From contig QCUI01000001.1 in NCBI GenBank assembly GCA_003210775.1, positions 104,813 through 168,812 of the forward strand: a DNA stretch of 64,000 bases, given 5' to 3'. The notes under the pieces are model-generated. The model did not search any database and was not told the DNA's origin. It worked only from the letters and a program-made list of their open reading frames with translations. Source of the stretch: Synechococcus sp. AG-679-A04 (lineage in GTDB: Bacteria; Cyanobacteriota; Cyanobacteriia; PCC-6307; Cyanobiaceae). Below, in pieces: positions 13,139 through 23,664 of this stretch. A program made the position numbers and the translations under genes. Numbering within the stretch: position 1 is the stretch's first letter; every line of letters starts with the position of its first letter.

Positions 13139-15357
13139 TAGAGAGGCCGAAGCGACTGAAGAAAACTCCTTGCTTTCTCCGAACGCTCACAGCGGCAATC
13201 AGGGAAATAGACGAGAAGCACAGGATCGACCAAACGCTCCATCTCAGGACGCGCCTCACCATCTTGAGGCGACCAGCAACAACCTTTGAGCAGAGACACC
13301 ACCGCATCAGCAAAACCGCGATGGTCTTCTTGAGTTTCGTTGGAACTCTGATCAAACCGTTTGGCAAAGCAGGCCTGCCGCAGCCGCTCCATCTCGATAA
13401 CAACAGCTTCGAAACGCGACGAATCCTCGACATGCCAAGCCATCACCGCAGCGATCGTGAGACTGCGCATGATGTTGCGCGTGATCCGTACAGCAGTGGT
13501 GCAATCGATGGCAAAGGGGTCGTAACGGCATGCACTGTCCAGGAACTCGATCGCTGCAAGATTGAGCGAACGCGTGTCCTGGAGAGCCATCAAAGCCCGT
13601 AGACGGGCGAGTTGAGCCGACATCAGCAGCCCAACCCTGTTCTCATGATTGGGCTTCAAACATCTGTACAGATCAGGATCTGCCTGCAAGGTGGCCAGGA
13701 TGTCCCCAAGGCCCTCAACACCACGACTTAACGCCTCTGAATCATTGGATTCGATCGCCAGATACGTGCTGACCACCGTGCAATAGCCGGCGTAATGAAG
13801 AGGAAGAGCAGTGCTCGAGGCCAGCGCCTCAAACAAGTGCAGCTGGTCATTGCGACCATCAGGGCGAGAGTGACGATGGAACAACAGCTGATCAAGGACA
13901 TCAACAACACCGTCCTGATGCCAGATCCTTTCAATCAATGCAGATCCACCGCTGTGGTCTCCGACGGCGAGGCGCATCCTGGCTAGTGCACTCAAAAGGG
14001 TGATGTTGGTGGGCTGATGCGACAGCAAGGAGCCCAGGATGTGCTGGCTCATGTCAGAGCAGCCCAAGAGATCCAAAAGACGCAGCCATAACAAACAAAA
14101 CTGGGCAGAAAGCTGTCGTCGGCTGAACTGAGCACGCACACGGTGAAGTGGAGGAGCCTGAGGCGCGAGAGGCAAATCAGGCATCAGACCGTGACGATCC
14201 AAACAATCGAGCATCGCCTCGGTTCGCGTGCGGTAGGTATGCAGACGTGCACGACGCAGACGCTGTTCAAGAGCGGGCCCGTCTCCTGCCAAAGCACGAT
14301 GAATGGCAGTTTCAAACTTCAGCGCATCAGGAGGACACAGCAGGGCCACATCAGACTGATCCTGAAGAGCAGGAATTGCGGTCGCCACCACCTGGCGGCC
14401 GGCCGCCAAATACTCGAAGAATTTCATCGGGTACATGTGACGGGTGTAGTCATTGAGTTGGAGCGGCAGCAACGCCACGTCGGCATGGGCCAGGTACGCC
14501 GGCAAGGTGCTGTAGTCCCTGGTGCCGAGCAGATGCACATTGGCCATGCGACGCCAACTGCTCACATCCGTGCTCGGATCGGCTTCACCGACTGGACCAA
14601 TAAAGAGGTAAGTCCAGTGCGGCGTTCTTTCCATCAAAACCTCAAGCATTGGAAGATCAAGCTTGTAGGAATCGATTGCACCAATAAAGATCAATACCGG
14701 ATCATTGGTTTGAGGCCAGTCGGCGGGCCGTTTGATCGCAGTGGTCAGCGCTTGGCCGAAATGGTCCGCATCTGCAACATTGCCGAACCCATGGCTGCCT
14801 GCATTCAGCGGCCCGAGAGCTGCTAACAACTCGGGCGAGGTTGTGAAGAGTGCATTGGCCTGCGCGCAAAGATCCCGTTCCGCATCTTCCAGTGCCTGTA
14901 CGGGCATGCCTGGTTGAGCCTGGATTCGGTCAACGCAGAAGTAGACCGCGGCCTGAAATGAGTGAAATCTTTTCAGTCCTAAATAAGCAAGTGTCTGAGG
15001 GTTGAAGGTCCACAAAAGAGGGCGACGAAGGTCCAAAACGCAATCAGCCAAAAACAGGCTGATGCTCAGGCTCCAACGATTGAATCGACCCTGGAGGCCG
15101 CGAGACTGACCTGGAAGCACCAAGGGTGAAACAACCCAGACCCCAGAGCGCACCTTCCTGGGCAGCCGAAGACCACGTCGGAGCCGCCGCACAATCCTTC
15201 CCATATCGGAACGATCTACACGTGGTCCACGGACTCCAAGCGAATCGACATAAAGGACACGATGCCCCAGATCAGCCAGAGCAAGGGCCACATGCTGTTT
15301 GTTGGTCCAAAGGGGGTGGTCCCAGTCGGCAGTTGCGAGCACAACAAAATCAGACAT
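13138..15357 (-). CDS. GT-B glycosyltransferase (TuaH-like) with a long helical C-terminal extension
   Basis: ADWDHPLWTNKQH, NVADADHF and PMKFFEYLAAG in the first ~390 aa; the remaining ~350 aa are Leu/Ala/Arg-rich and unassigned. Confidence 0.85.
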   Translation of the reverse strand: MSDFVVLATADWDHPLWTNKQHVALALADLGHRVLYVDSLGVRGPRVDRSDMGRIVRRLRRGLRLPRKVRSGVWVVSPLVLPGQSRGLQGRFNRWSLSISLFLADCVLDLRRPLLWTFNPQTLAYLGLKRFHSFQAAVYFCVDRIQAQPGMPVQALEDAERDLCAQANALFTTSPELLAALGPLNAGSHGFGNVADADHFGQALTTAIKRPADWPQTNDPVLIFIGAIDSYKLDLPMLEVLMERTPHWTYLFIGPVGEADPSTDVSSWRRMANVHLLGTRDYSTLPAYLAHADVALLPLQLNDYTRHMYPMKFFEYLAAGRQVVATAIPALQDQSDVALLCPPDALKFETAIHRALAGDGPALEQRLRRARLHTYRTRTEAMLDCLDRHGLMPDLPLAPQAPPLHRVRAQFSRRQLSAQFCLLWLRLLDLLGCSDMSQHILGSLLSHQPTNITLLSALARMRLAVGDHSGGSALIERIWHQDGVVDVLDQLLFHRHSRPDGRNDQLHLFEALASSTALPLHYAGYCTVVSTYLAIESNDSEALSRGVEGLGDILATLQADPDLYRCLKPNHENRVGLLMSAQLARLRALMALQDTRSLNLAAIEFLDSACRYDPFAIDCTTAVRITRNIMRSLTIAAVMAWHVEDSSRFEAVVIEMERLRQACFAKRFDQSSNETQEDHRGFADAVVSLLKGCCWSPQDGEARPEMERLVDPVLLVYFPDCRCERSEKARSFLQSLRPL

Positions 15358-15365
15358 GAAGCGGA

Positions 15366-17198
15366 TCAGGTCGCCTCAAATAAAGTCATCTCGCGAAAAC
15401 TTTCGGAACGATCACAGAGCTCTGCGAATGTCCCACTGGCAACAATCTTGCCATTTTCAATTTCATAGATGCGATCGCACTTTTTCACTGTGGATAACCT
15501 GTGCGCAATCACAACTGTCGTGCAACGCCGACCAACAATGTCGAGGGCTTGCATGACATCTTGCTCAGTTTTGTTATCGAGAGCGCTCGTGGCCTCATCA
15601 AGAACAAGCACCTTGGCATCTCGATAAAAAGCGCGGGCAAGAGCCAATCTTTGCCGTTGGCCACCCGACAGTTTCGCCCCATCTTCCCCAACCATGGTGT
15701 AAAGGCCGTAGGGCATTCCAGCCACCACATCGTCGAACTGAGCGGCCTCAAGAGATGACCAGACCCGATCATCATCGATCACTTCAGAGTCTTGACCGAA
15801 AGCTACGTTGTCTCTCACGCTCCCACTCGTCAGTCTGACGCTCTGGGGAACGAATGAACAATTGGCCTGCCAAGCAGGAAGCTCCTGATCCGTAACCGGA
15901 ATGCCATCGATGCAAAGCGTGCCAGCAGAAGGCTGATACAACCCAAGAATCAAGTGAGCAAGTGTTGTTTTACCACTGCCCGTTTTACCAACAAAAGCGA
16001 TCCGAGAACCACTAGGAATGGTGAGATCAATGTTGTTGATCACACCAAATTCAGACTGCCTGAAACAAAAACTAACCCCTTTAAGCTGAATAAATCTTTG
16101 AGGGATCAACCCACTGGGAGAAGGAACTCCAGAGGAATCAAGCAGCAGACGGTCAGCATTCAAATCAAGCAGATCAAGAGCCTCCTGGATCTGCGGCAAA
16201 CCACCACGCAGGCGATTCACCCCTCGGAACAGTGCCTGCAAGGGAGGGGAGATCCTCAACAAAGCAATCAGGAGCGCCGAAATCTCAGGCAATATCTCCT
16301 GAAAAGATGAAACATTTCCTTGAAACAGGGCTGGGCCAATAAACACAGCAAAAAGGATCGTAATGCCAGCAGGCTCAATCACAAGTCGTGGAATATCTGG
16401 CAAAAGTCGACCAATGCGATCGTACCTTTTAGCAATCCCTCCATCTCTCGAGAATTTAGAAGCAAAATGAAGCTCAGCCCCATAAAGCTGAACTTCGCGC
16501 ATCGAGCCAATTGACTCGCTCAAAATGATCGAAATTCGTTTTTTATAGCGAATACGCTGCTTAGTAGCCAAACGCAAATAAGGAGTGATCATCCTTGAGG
16601 CAATGGCATAAGAGATCACCATCAAAGAGAAAACAACAAATGCTTTCAGCCCAAGAACAATTACAATTCCGACAAGAAGTGCAAGTATTGAAATCAGACT
16701 TCCAGCACTCGTGATTAACGGAGCAATAACTCCTGTCGACACATTATCAAAAATGCGATTGAACTGCAGAGCGATTCCTTTAGACTTACTTCCCACAAAA
16801 AACTCATATTTCTGACGCATGAGTGTGAGATAAACTCGATTAACAAGGTCATTCCAAATTTCTGCGCTGAGCAGACTCTGCATCAGCGAAACACCGAAGC
16901 GGACACCTGACGTCAACCAGAACACAAGAATCAGAAGGCCAATAATCCAGCCCGCCTGATCAAGCAAAGCCCCTCCAAAAACCTTGATTCCAGGAATTTT
17001 GTCTTGCAGATTGTTGCCGGCAAGCAAACCGACCAAGCGGGCCAGCAGAGCCACCAAAAAGACATCAACTACCCCCTGAAAGAAGGCAGCGACCATCACC
17101 ACCACTAACTGCCTATGACGCCGGCGTGGCAGATAAGCCAGCAACCTGCGCAGCTTTGCCAAGGTCTGGCTTTGAAACGGCATTGACGCCCCCAGCAT
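15366..17198 (-). CDS. ABC transporter, fused TMD-NBD (PglK/HepA-like lipid-linked glycan flippase)
   Basis: N-terminal TM domain, GKTGSGKT, LSGGQRQRLALARA, LDEATSALD, AHRLST; embedded among glycosyltransferases. Confidence 0.88.
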   Translation of the reverse strand: MLGASMPFQSQTLAKLRRLLAYLPRRRHRQLVVVMVAAFFQGVVDVFLVALLARLVGLLAGNNLQDKIPGIKVFGGALLDQAGWIIGLLILVFWLTSGVRFGVSLMQSLLSAEIWNDLVNRVYLTLMRQKYEFFVGSKSKGIALQFNRIFDNVSTGVIAPLITSAGSLISILALLVGIVIVLGLKAFVVFSLMVISYAIASRMITPYLRLATKQRIRYKKRISIILSESIGSMREVQLYGAELHFASKFSRDGGIAKRYDRIGRLLPDIPRLVIEPAGITILFAVFIGPALFQGNVSSFQEILPEISALLIALLRISPPLQALFRGVNRLRGGLPQIQEALDLLDLNADRLLLDSSGVPSPSGLIPQRFIQLKGVSFCFRQSEFGVINNIDLTIPSGSRIAFVGKTGSGKTTLAHLILGLYQPSAGTLCIDGIPVTDQELPAWQANCSFVPQSVRLTSGSVRDNVAFGQDSEVIDDDRVWSSLEAAQFDDVVAGMPYGLYTMVGEDGAKLSGGQRQRLALARAFYRDAKVLVLDEATSALDNKTEQDVMQALDIVGRRCTTVVIAHRLSTVKKCDRIYEIENGKIVASGTFAELCDRSESFREMTLFEAT

Positions 17199-17257
17199 TC
17201 AACCTTGAGCGTTCAAGGCACAATTCAGATGAGCAAAACCTAATTCGCGGCCAACGC

Positions 17258-18364
17258 TTAGCCAACACGCCATGGCCAGCCGGACAACCGATTGACCACC
17301 TTGGCGCGCAGGTGATCCCGTCGCTGCAACCAACGCAGACGACGGGTGGAGGGTGAATGCAACACCGAGTCGGATGTGAGGCCCAGAGCTCCGTGGGTCC
17401 TTAGATCGCTCAACTGAGTAAGGATTCGAGACCAGCGCAGACACCAACTTGACTCACTGGATTCAGCCAAAAGCGCATCGAGCGTTTCCGCTGCTGGCAT
17501 CCAAGGATCTGGGCAATGAACAGCGGAACGAATCCGCACCAGATCATTCTCTAAGGTCCCCTGCCCGATCTGATGGGCCGTCACACCGGGCGTCAGGGTG
17601 TCTGCCAACGCGTGATTAAAACTGCTGAACACAACGCAACCACAAGCCAAGGCTTCCAGCGGAGGCAACCCGAAGCCCTCACTCACACCATGACCTCGCC
17701 AGTACTCGGCCGAGTCATAGAGATAGATCTTGGAGCGATTGAACAGATCAACCAGGTCCTCCACCCAGCCGTTCTGGACCTCCACTCTCAGGCCCTGCGC
17801 CTTCAGTGCTGGCACCAGCTGGTTCAGCACATAGGGACTGCTCTTCCGCTTCTGTACCAGCACATCGATCGGCCGCTCGGTGACTGCATCACGGTCGGAT
17901 GACGCTGGACGGGCGCCCCGCTCCAACCACTGAGGCTCCAAAGCGTTGGGCACCCAGAACAGGGGGTTGCGTGGGGCACGGTCACCCCAATAGCCAAGGG
18001 TGTTACGACTGACAGCCACCACCGGTATGCCTGGTGGCAACACAAATCCATATCCACTGCTGTGCGCCTGATAAACGACAGGTCGTCCTCGCAAACGCGC
18101 TAGCGAACGAGGCACATCAAAACCCCAGCTCACGACCCAAAGGGCCTGACCCGGTGCTGATTCATCGCGAATCAGATCATTGAGAAAGGGATGCTGCTCA
18201 CTACGCTCCCTATAGGTGACCACCTCGGTCGGTAAGAGGGTTGAAAGCAGACGTGCCGTCTGTAGAGCAACACTCAAGCCGCCACAACGAAAACGGGTTC
18301 CGATGCCAGGCACCAGAACCCGAATGGAGTTGAAGCCCCCAGGCGAAGGCTCAGCCAATCCCAT
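17258..18364 (-). CDS. Glycosyltransferase (GT4-like)
   Basis: CGGL N-terminal loop and EGFGLPPLEALACG; the ATG overlaps the ho1 stop (TGATG). Confidence 0.85.
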   Translation of the reverse strand: MGLAEPSPGGFNSIRVLVPGIGTRFRCGGLSVALQTARLLSTLLPTEVVTYRERSEQHPFLNDLIRDESAPGQALWVVSWGFDVPRSLARLRGRPVVYQAHSSGYGFVLPPGIPVVAVSRNTLGYWGDRAPRNPLFWVPNALEPQWLERGARPASSDRDAVTERPIDVLVQKRKSSPYVLNQLVPALKAQGLRVEVQNGWVEDLVDLFNRSKIYLYDSAEYWRGHGVSEGFGLPPLEALACGCVVFSSFNHALADTLTPGVTAHQIGQGTLENDLVRIRSAVHCPDPWMPAAETLDALLAESSESSWCLRWSRILTQLSDLRTHGALGLTSDSVLHSPSTRRLRWLQRRDHLRAKVVNRLSGWPWRVG

Positions 18365-19077
18365 CAAGCAGCGGCGGTTTCTGTGCTGCCACTGCGCTGA
18401 CGGCGGGTCAGGAAGCCAAACAGCACCTTGCCGATAGCCGCCACAAGATTTCCTTCAAGCTCCTTGAACATGTGCATGTTCAAGTGAAAAGCGTTGTTCG
18501 CCTCCTCAACGATGCGATCAGCGGTGTCCTGATCGATCGGCAACTCATCCATGGTGGCGCGATAGGTCGTCTTAAAAGACTTCTCGTCAGCGATTTCGTC
18601 GAACACATAGAAACGCAAACCGTCATCTCCATCCATGTTCATCGCTTTCTGAGCGATGTTCTTCAGGATCTGACCACCGGAGAGGTCACCCATGTAACGG
18701 GTGTAGTGATGACCAACAAGTAGTTCGGGTGACTCCTTCGCCACTTCATGGATTCGCCCGACATAAGCAGCGGCGGAAGGCGAAGGTTGGATCTCTTCTT
18801 TCCAGTTTTCACCGAAGTAGTAGACAAGATCCTTCTCAAGAGACTCACGTCGGTTCAGCTGCTCACTCGCCACGGGTCCCACCACAGGGTGATCCTTGAG
18901 TTGATCCACTTCTTCCTCCATCGCGGAGTAAACGAAGTAGAGGTCAGCAACGAGCTTGCGATAGCTGGATTTATCGACGACACCCTTAAGGAAGCAGCTA
19001 ACGAAACCGGTGTTCTCGGCCATCGTGTGAGCTTTCTTGGTGCCTTCACGGAGCTGAGCAGCCAGAGCTACGGACAT
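18364..19077 (-). CDS. ho1: Heme oxygenase
   Basis: MSVALAAQLREGTKKAHTMAENTGF, HHYTRYMGDLSGGQIL, EEANNAFHLN; real start taken at the ATG at 19077. Confidence 0.97.
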   Translation of the reverse strand: MSVALAAQLREGTKKAHTMAENTGFVSCFLKGVVDKSSYRKLVADLYFVYSAMEEEVDQLKDHPVVGPVASEQLNRRESLEKDLVYYFGENWKEEIQPSPSAAAYVGRIHEVAKESPELLVGHHYTRYMGDLSGGQILKNIAQKAMNMDGDDGLRFYVFDEIADEKSFKTTYRATMDELPIDQDTADRIVEEANNAFHLNMHMFKELEGNLVAAIGKVLFGFLTRRQRSGSTETAAA

Positions 19078-19150
19078 GAGATCGACATTTGATCGTTGTA
19101 GGCAACCATAAAATCGATCATGCTCTGAGACACCGAAGGGTTGCGAAGGG

Positions 19151-19606
19151 TTACGCCGCTGTGCCCGTCGCTGCCGGATTCGCGAACAAATCAAACAAGT
19201 CCCGACAGATTCCACGCAGCTGTTTGATCTGTTCGGGCTGAGGCAGGTGCGAACCCTCAGGCTGCCAATTGCCCATCGTTACCAGACGCCAGCGTTCACC
19301 GTCGTAGGTCATGCCGCGTATCAAAACCCCCAGCAGATCCGGGGCCACCGGAGATCCACCCGCATCAGACTTCTGCTGAAGCCGTAACTGCAGAAGCAGA
19401 CTGCGGCACTCGAGACGAGGACTCCAACCGGGGAAGTGAAAGGCCAGGTCAAGGCTCTGATCCTCCTGCCAGCGACGCGTCTGGGGATCATCACGCCAGG
19501 GGTTGAGGTTGACGCTCGCGGCAGGGAAACGATCTCTCACCAAGGTTACGGCTGAAGCCAGCGCCTGGGCGAGCTGCACGCTGTCAACCGCTTCTCCTGC
19601 GTTCAC
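19151..19606 (-). CDS. Conserved cyanobacterial hypothetical protein
   Basis: Coding-like ORF with PWRDDP and FHFPGWSP motifs, upstream of ho1 on the same strand; start uncertain (19606 or 19627). Confidence 0.7.
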   Translation of the reverse strand: MNAGEAVDSVQLAQALASAVTLVRDRFPAASVNLNPWRDDPQTRRWQEDQSLDLAFHFPGWSPRLECRSLLLQLRLQQKSDAGGSPVAPDLLGVLIRGMTYDGERWRLVTMGNWQPEGSHLPQPEQIKQLRGICRDLFDLFANPAATGTAA

Positions 19607-19677
19607 CAGTTCATCGTCGATGCCCACAGGTTGAAGGCTGCTGACCCGAAGCGCCAGTGGCCGTTACGGTTGCGACC

Positions 19678-20952
19678 ATGATTCCGAGCACTCTCAGATC
19701 CCGACTCAGCCTCTATGGGCTGGTGGGAGTGGCAGCCGCAGCTGTGCATGCCCTGGTGTTGTTGGCACTGGTCCTGTTGATGCCGCTGTGGCTGGCGAAT
19801 CCGTTGGCATTTCTGGCCGCCTCGCTGGCCGGCTATCTGGGGCACGCTCGATTCACCTTCCGCCCCGAAACCGGTGGGCAACGCTTCGCTCGACGCTGGC
19901 TCATCGTTCAATACGTGGTCAACCTCACAGTGAGTGGCGTCTTGCCTCTCGTGCTGCCAAGCGCACTGGGCGAGCCAGTGCGCGTCGCGATCCTGGTGTT
20001 CACCCCCACAGCACTGAATGCCCTGATCTGGTCACGGGCTGCACGGTTCAGCAAGCAGCGAAGGGATTGCCTCATCACTCCACTACGCCACGCCGATGAT
20101 CTCGGGCTGAGCCCTGCCACCAATCAGGCCATTCTCGAACTCGCCAGTCAGGGCCAGCTGGACAGCAGCAGCCTGCTGGTGAATGGGCCTGTGGCGACCG
20201 ATGGCTTTCATGCCTGGCAGAAACTGACATGCACTCGTCCTCAGCTACAACTCTGTCTGCACCTCTGCCTCACCGAAGGGCCTCCGAGCGCTGACCCAGC
20301 GTTGATTCCTGATTTGGTGGATTGCCACGGTCATCTGAAGCGATCCTTCGGACAGTGGTTGTTGCTGTCGCTGCTACCGCGCCGACATCCCTCTCGCCGC
20401 CGGATCGAAGACCAACTTGGACTGGAAGTGGACGCCCAGATCCAACGCTTCCGAACCTTCTGCGGTGATGCACCCATTCATCTGGATGGCCATCAGCACA
20501 TTCACTTGGTCCCGATCGTGCTGAGGGCCGCTCTCGCCAGAGCTGACGACAACGTCATCACATGGATGCGCCTGACAGAGGAACCACTGCCCACGGGCCT
20601 ACCCATGCACTGCTGGGGGACGGCAATCCGTCAGCTAGGACTGCTGAAGTGGTTGGTGCTCCAACTGCTCAGCCGCAGAGCTAGGCCCGCCATCCGGCGC
20701 TGCGGGCTTGCCAGCAATCAGAGCTTCGCCGGAGTGCTGTTCACCGGACAAATGGCAGGAGATCCACTCAATGCAGCCTTAAAAGATCTGAGCAGTGCAC
20801 GGCCGAAACCAGGATGTACGCCACCGCTTCTGTTGGCCCACCCCAGTGCTCCCCTCGACATCGATCTCTCAACAGCAGGTTTTGCCGTTTCTCAACCCTT
20901 CGCCGCCTCACCCTGGAGACAACGTGAATGGCGCGCTCTTCAGGAGTTGTGA
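19678..20952 (+). CDS. GtrA-like flippase domain fused to a YdjC/ChbG/HpnK-family carbohydrate deacetylase
   Basis: N-terminal 4-TM GtrA pattern (YGLVG, ANPLAF, HARFTF) followed by HADDLG, LHLCLTEG, HLDGHQHIH and HP motifs. Confidence 0.88.
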   Translation: MIPSTLRSRLSLYGLVGVAAAAVHALVLLALVLLMPLWLANPLAFLAASLAGYLGHARFTFRPETGGQRFARRWLIVQYVVNLTVSGVLPLVLPSALGEPVRVAILVFTPTALNALIWSRAARFSKQRRDCLITPLRHADDLGLSPATNQAILELASQGQLDSSSLLVNGPVATDGFHAWQKLTCTRPQLQLCLHLCLTEGPPSADPALIPDLVDCHGHLKRSFGQWLLLSLLPRRHPSRRRIEDQLGLEVDAQIQRFRTFCGDAPIHLDGHQHIHLVPIVLRAALARADDNVITWMRLTEEPLPTGLPMHCWGTAIRQLGLLKWLVLQLLSRRARPAIRRCGLASNQSFAGVLFTGQMAGDPLNAALKDLSSARPKPGCTPPLLLAHPSAPLDIDLSTAGFAVSQPFAASPWRQREWRALQEL

Positions 20953-21878
20953 ACTCGCCGTATGAAGTAGTGGGGACGTGACTTCGCCTCCACATAGATA
21001 CGACCGACATATTCCCCGAGGACGCCGATACCGATCAGCTGAATCCCACCGATGAACAGCACCGCCACCATCAGCGAGGCATAACCCTCCACATCAACCC
21101 CAAACAAGGCTGTGCGCAGGATGATCACCAACGCATAGAACAGACTGAGGGAGGACACCAAAATGCCGATCCCTGTCCACATTTTCAGAGGCAGGACGGA
21201 GAACGAAAAGATCCCATCGAATGCATAACCGAACAATTTGAGCGGACTCCACGAGGTCTGCCCTCCCACGCGGCTCACCCGCTGATAAGGCAACTCCACG
21301 CTTGAATAACCGGTCCAAGGAAGAAGGCCTTTGGAGAATCGACTGGACTCGCGCAACTGGGTGACCGCATCCAGGACAGCGGCATCAAGCAGGCGGTAAT
21401 CACCAGCCCCCTCCTGGAGCTCAATCGAATCCACCACCTTGTTGAACACCCGATAAAACCAGTGGGCACTGGCCACCTTCAGGCGCGATTCCTGATCCTG
21501 GTCATCACGCACCGCCGTGACCACTTCAGCTCCGGCACGCCACTGGCGCACCATCTCTTCAATCAGCTCCGGAGGGTGCTGAAGATCTGAGTCGATGAGC
21601 ACGGCAGCAGCACAACGGCCGTTGACATGATCAAGGCCAGCAAGCATCGCTGCTTCCTTGCCGAAGTTGCGTGTGAGTTCCAGCAAAGTCACACGCGAAC
21701 CAGCATGACTCTGCAACCAGGTGCGAATGCGTTCAACGGTTGCGTCGGAGGATCCGTCGTCAATGAGCACCAGCTGGTCCACGCCTGGCACTGCAAGCAC
21801 ACGCTCCACAAAACGCGTGATTACATCCTCTTCGTTGAAGCAGGCCGCCACCACCCAGACACCCTCTGACTTCGGCAT
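20940..21878 (-). CDS. GT2 polyprenol-phosphate glycosyltransferase (GtrB/ArnC-like)
   Basis: FNEE, IDDGSSD, RNFGKEAAMLAG, DSDLQHPPE, GDYRL, two C-terminal TM helices, GEYVGRIY. Confidence 0.92.
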   Translation of the reverse strand: MPKSEGVWVVAACFNEEDVITRFVERVLAVPGVDQLVLIDDGSSDATVERIRTWLQSHAGSRVTLLELTRNFGKEAAMLAGLDHVNGRCAAAVLIDSDLQHPPELIEEMVRQWRAGAEVVTAVRDDQDQESRLKVASAHWFYRVFNKVVDSIELQEGAGDYRLLDAAVLDAVTQLRESSRFSKGLLPWTGYSSVELPYQRVSRVGGQTSWSPLKLFGYAFDGIFSFSVLPLKMWTGIGILVSSLSLFYALVIILRTALFGVDVEGYASLMVAVLFIGGIQLIGIGVLGEYVGRIYVEAKSRPHYFIRRVHNS

Positions 21879-21968
21879 GTGATGGAGGACGGATCGAAAT
21901 GACTTTAGAGATCGCCCTTCAAGTCATAGGCTCGCGACAATGTGATGTCGCCCTGCGGCAACCAAGCC

Positions 21969-23393
21969 ATGGCTCAGTTCGAGAAGCTCACAGCCCCCAC
22001 AGAGGGGACGACGATTCGCTTCGAGAACGGACAGCCCGTGGTGGCCGACAACCCGATCATTCCCTTCATCCGTGGCGATGGAACAGGAGTGGACATCTGG
22101 CCCGCGACGCAGAAAGTGCTGGATGCGGCGGTAGCCAAGGCCTACGCGGGCGCCAAGAAGATCGAATGGTTCAAGGTCTACGCCGGTGATGAGGCCTGTG
22201 ATCGCTACGGGACCTACCAATACCTGCCAGAAGACACCCTCGAAGCGATCCGCACCTACGGCGTTGCCATCAAAGGCCCCCTCACCACCCCTGTTGGTGG
22301 AGGCATCCGCTCACTGAATGTGGCACTGCGCCAAATCTTTGACCTGTACTCCTGTGTGCGTCCCTGCCGTTATTACGCAGGAACTCCCAGCCCCCACAAG
22401 CGTCCTCAGGATCTCGACGTGATCGTCTATCGGGAGAACACCGAAGACATCTATATGGGCGTGGAGTGGGAAGCCGACGATGCAGTTGGCCAGGAACTGC
22501 GCAGACACCTCAATGAGGTGGTGATCCCAGCCAACGGCAAACTGGGCAAACGTCAGATTCCGGAAGGTTCAGGCATCGGCATCAAGCCGGTCAGCAAGCA
22601 CGGCAGCCAACGCCACATCCGCAAAGCGATTCAGCACGCCCTGCGCCTGGAAGGCGACAAACGCCACGTCACCCTGGTGCACAAGGGCAACATCATGAAA
22701 TTCACGGAAGGTGCTTTCCGCGACTGGGGCTACGAGCTGGCCACCACTGAATTCCGTGATGTCTGCATCACTGAACGGGAAAGCTGGATCCTGGGCAACG
22801 CTGAAAAGGATCCGAGCTTGAGCGTGCAGGCAAACGCACGCATGATTGAGCCCGGTTACGACAGCCTCACCCCTGAAAAGAAAGGTTCAATTGATGCTGA
22901 AGTACAGGCTGTCATTGACAGCATCGGCGCTAGCCATGGCGCTGGAAAATGGAAGCAGATGGTGATGGTGGACGATCGCATTGCCGACAGCATCTTTCAA
23001 CAGATCCAGACACGGCCGCAGGAATATTCAATCCTGGCAACACTCAATCTGAACGGCGATTACATCTCTGATGCCGCTGCCGCGATGGTGGGGGGCCTAG
23101 GAATGGCTCCTGGAGCGAACATTGGTGAAAACGCTGCCGTGTTTGAGGCCACACACGGAACAGCACCGAAACATGCCGGTCTGGACCGAATCAACCCAGG
23201 CTCGGTGATTCTCAGCGGCGTGATGATGCTGGAATTTCTAGGTTGGCAAAAAGCCGCTGATTTAGTCATTAAGGGGCTGAGCGCCGCGATCGCAGATCAA
23301 CAAGTGACTTACGATCTTGCAAGATTAATGGAACCGCAGGTGGATCCTGTGAGCTGCAGCGGCTTTGCCGATGCGATCATCCAACGCTTCTGA
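21969..23393 (+). CDS. icd: NADP-dependent isocitrate dehydrogenase
   Basis: GDGTGVD, KGPLTTPVGGGIRSLNVALRQ, HKGNIMKFTEG, NLNGDYISD, EATHGTAPK. Confidence 0.98.
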   Translation: MAQFEKLTAPTEGTTIRFENGQPVVADNPIIPFIRGDGTGVDIWPATQKVLDAAVAKAYAGAKKIEWFKVYAGDEACDRYGTYQYLPEDTLEAIRTYGVAIKGPLTTPVGGGIRSLNVALRQIFDLYSCVRPCRYYAGTPSPHKRPQDLDVIVYRENTEDIYMGVEWEADDAVGQELRRHLNEVVIPANGKLGKRQIPEGSGIGIKPVSKHGSQRHIRKAIQHALRLEGDKRHVTLVHKGNIMKFTEGAFRDWGYELATTEFRDVCITERESWILGNAEKDPSLSVQANARMIEPGYDSLTPEKKGSIDAEVQAVIDSIGASHGAGKWKQMVMVDDRIADSIFQQIQTRPQEYSILATLNLNGDYISDAAAAMVGGLGMAPGANIGENAAVFEATHGTAPKHAGLDRINPGSVILSGVMMLEFLGWQKAADLVIKGLSAAIADQQVTYDLARLMEPQVDPVSCSGFADAIIQRF

Positions 23394-23664
23394 CAAATAA
23401 ACTACATCGTCAAGGCAAGCACCATTGGCGAAAATTGGCGAAACCAGCATTAACGGAAAACGAGCAAACTATTATCAATGTAAGGAAATAGCTTAAACAG
23501 TATGTTGCGCCAGCACGACAATCAACAGCCTGATGAGATAGACACATGCAACAGCCTTAAGCTACTCCAGCCGCCAGACAGAGCACTTGCCGATCAGCAC
23601 TTGACTTGGCATTAAATTAATAAACTAATCCAACAACTAACATCCCCACTAAAAAATCAAAACA

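Noticed and set aside
21899-21927. ATGACTT...AAGTCAT inverted repeat between the divergent GT2 and icd
   Set aside because: A 7-bp arm with a long spacer that matches no operator I recognise, including NtcA (GTA-N8-TAC); may be chance.
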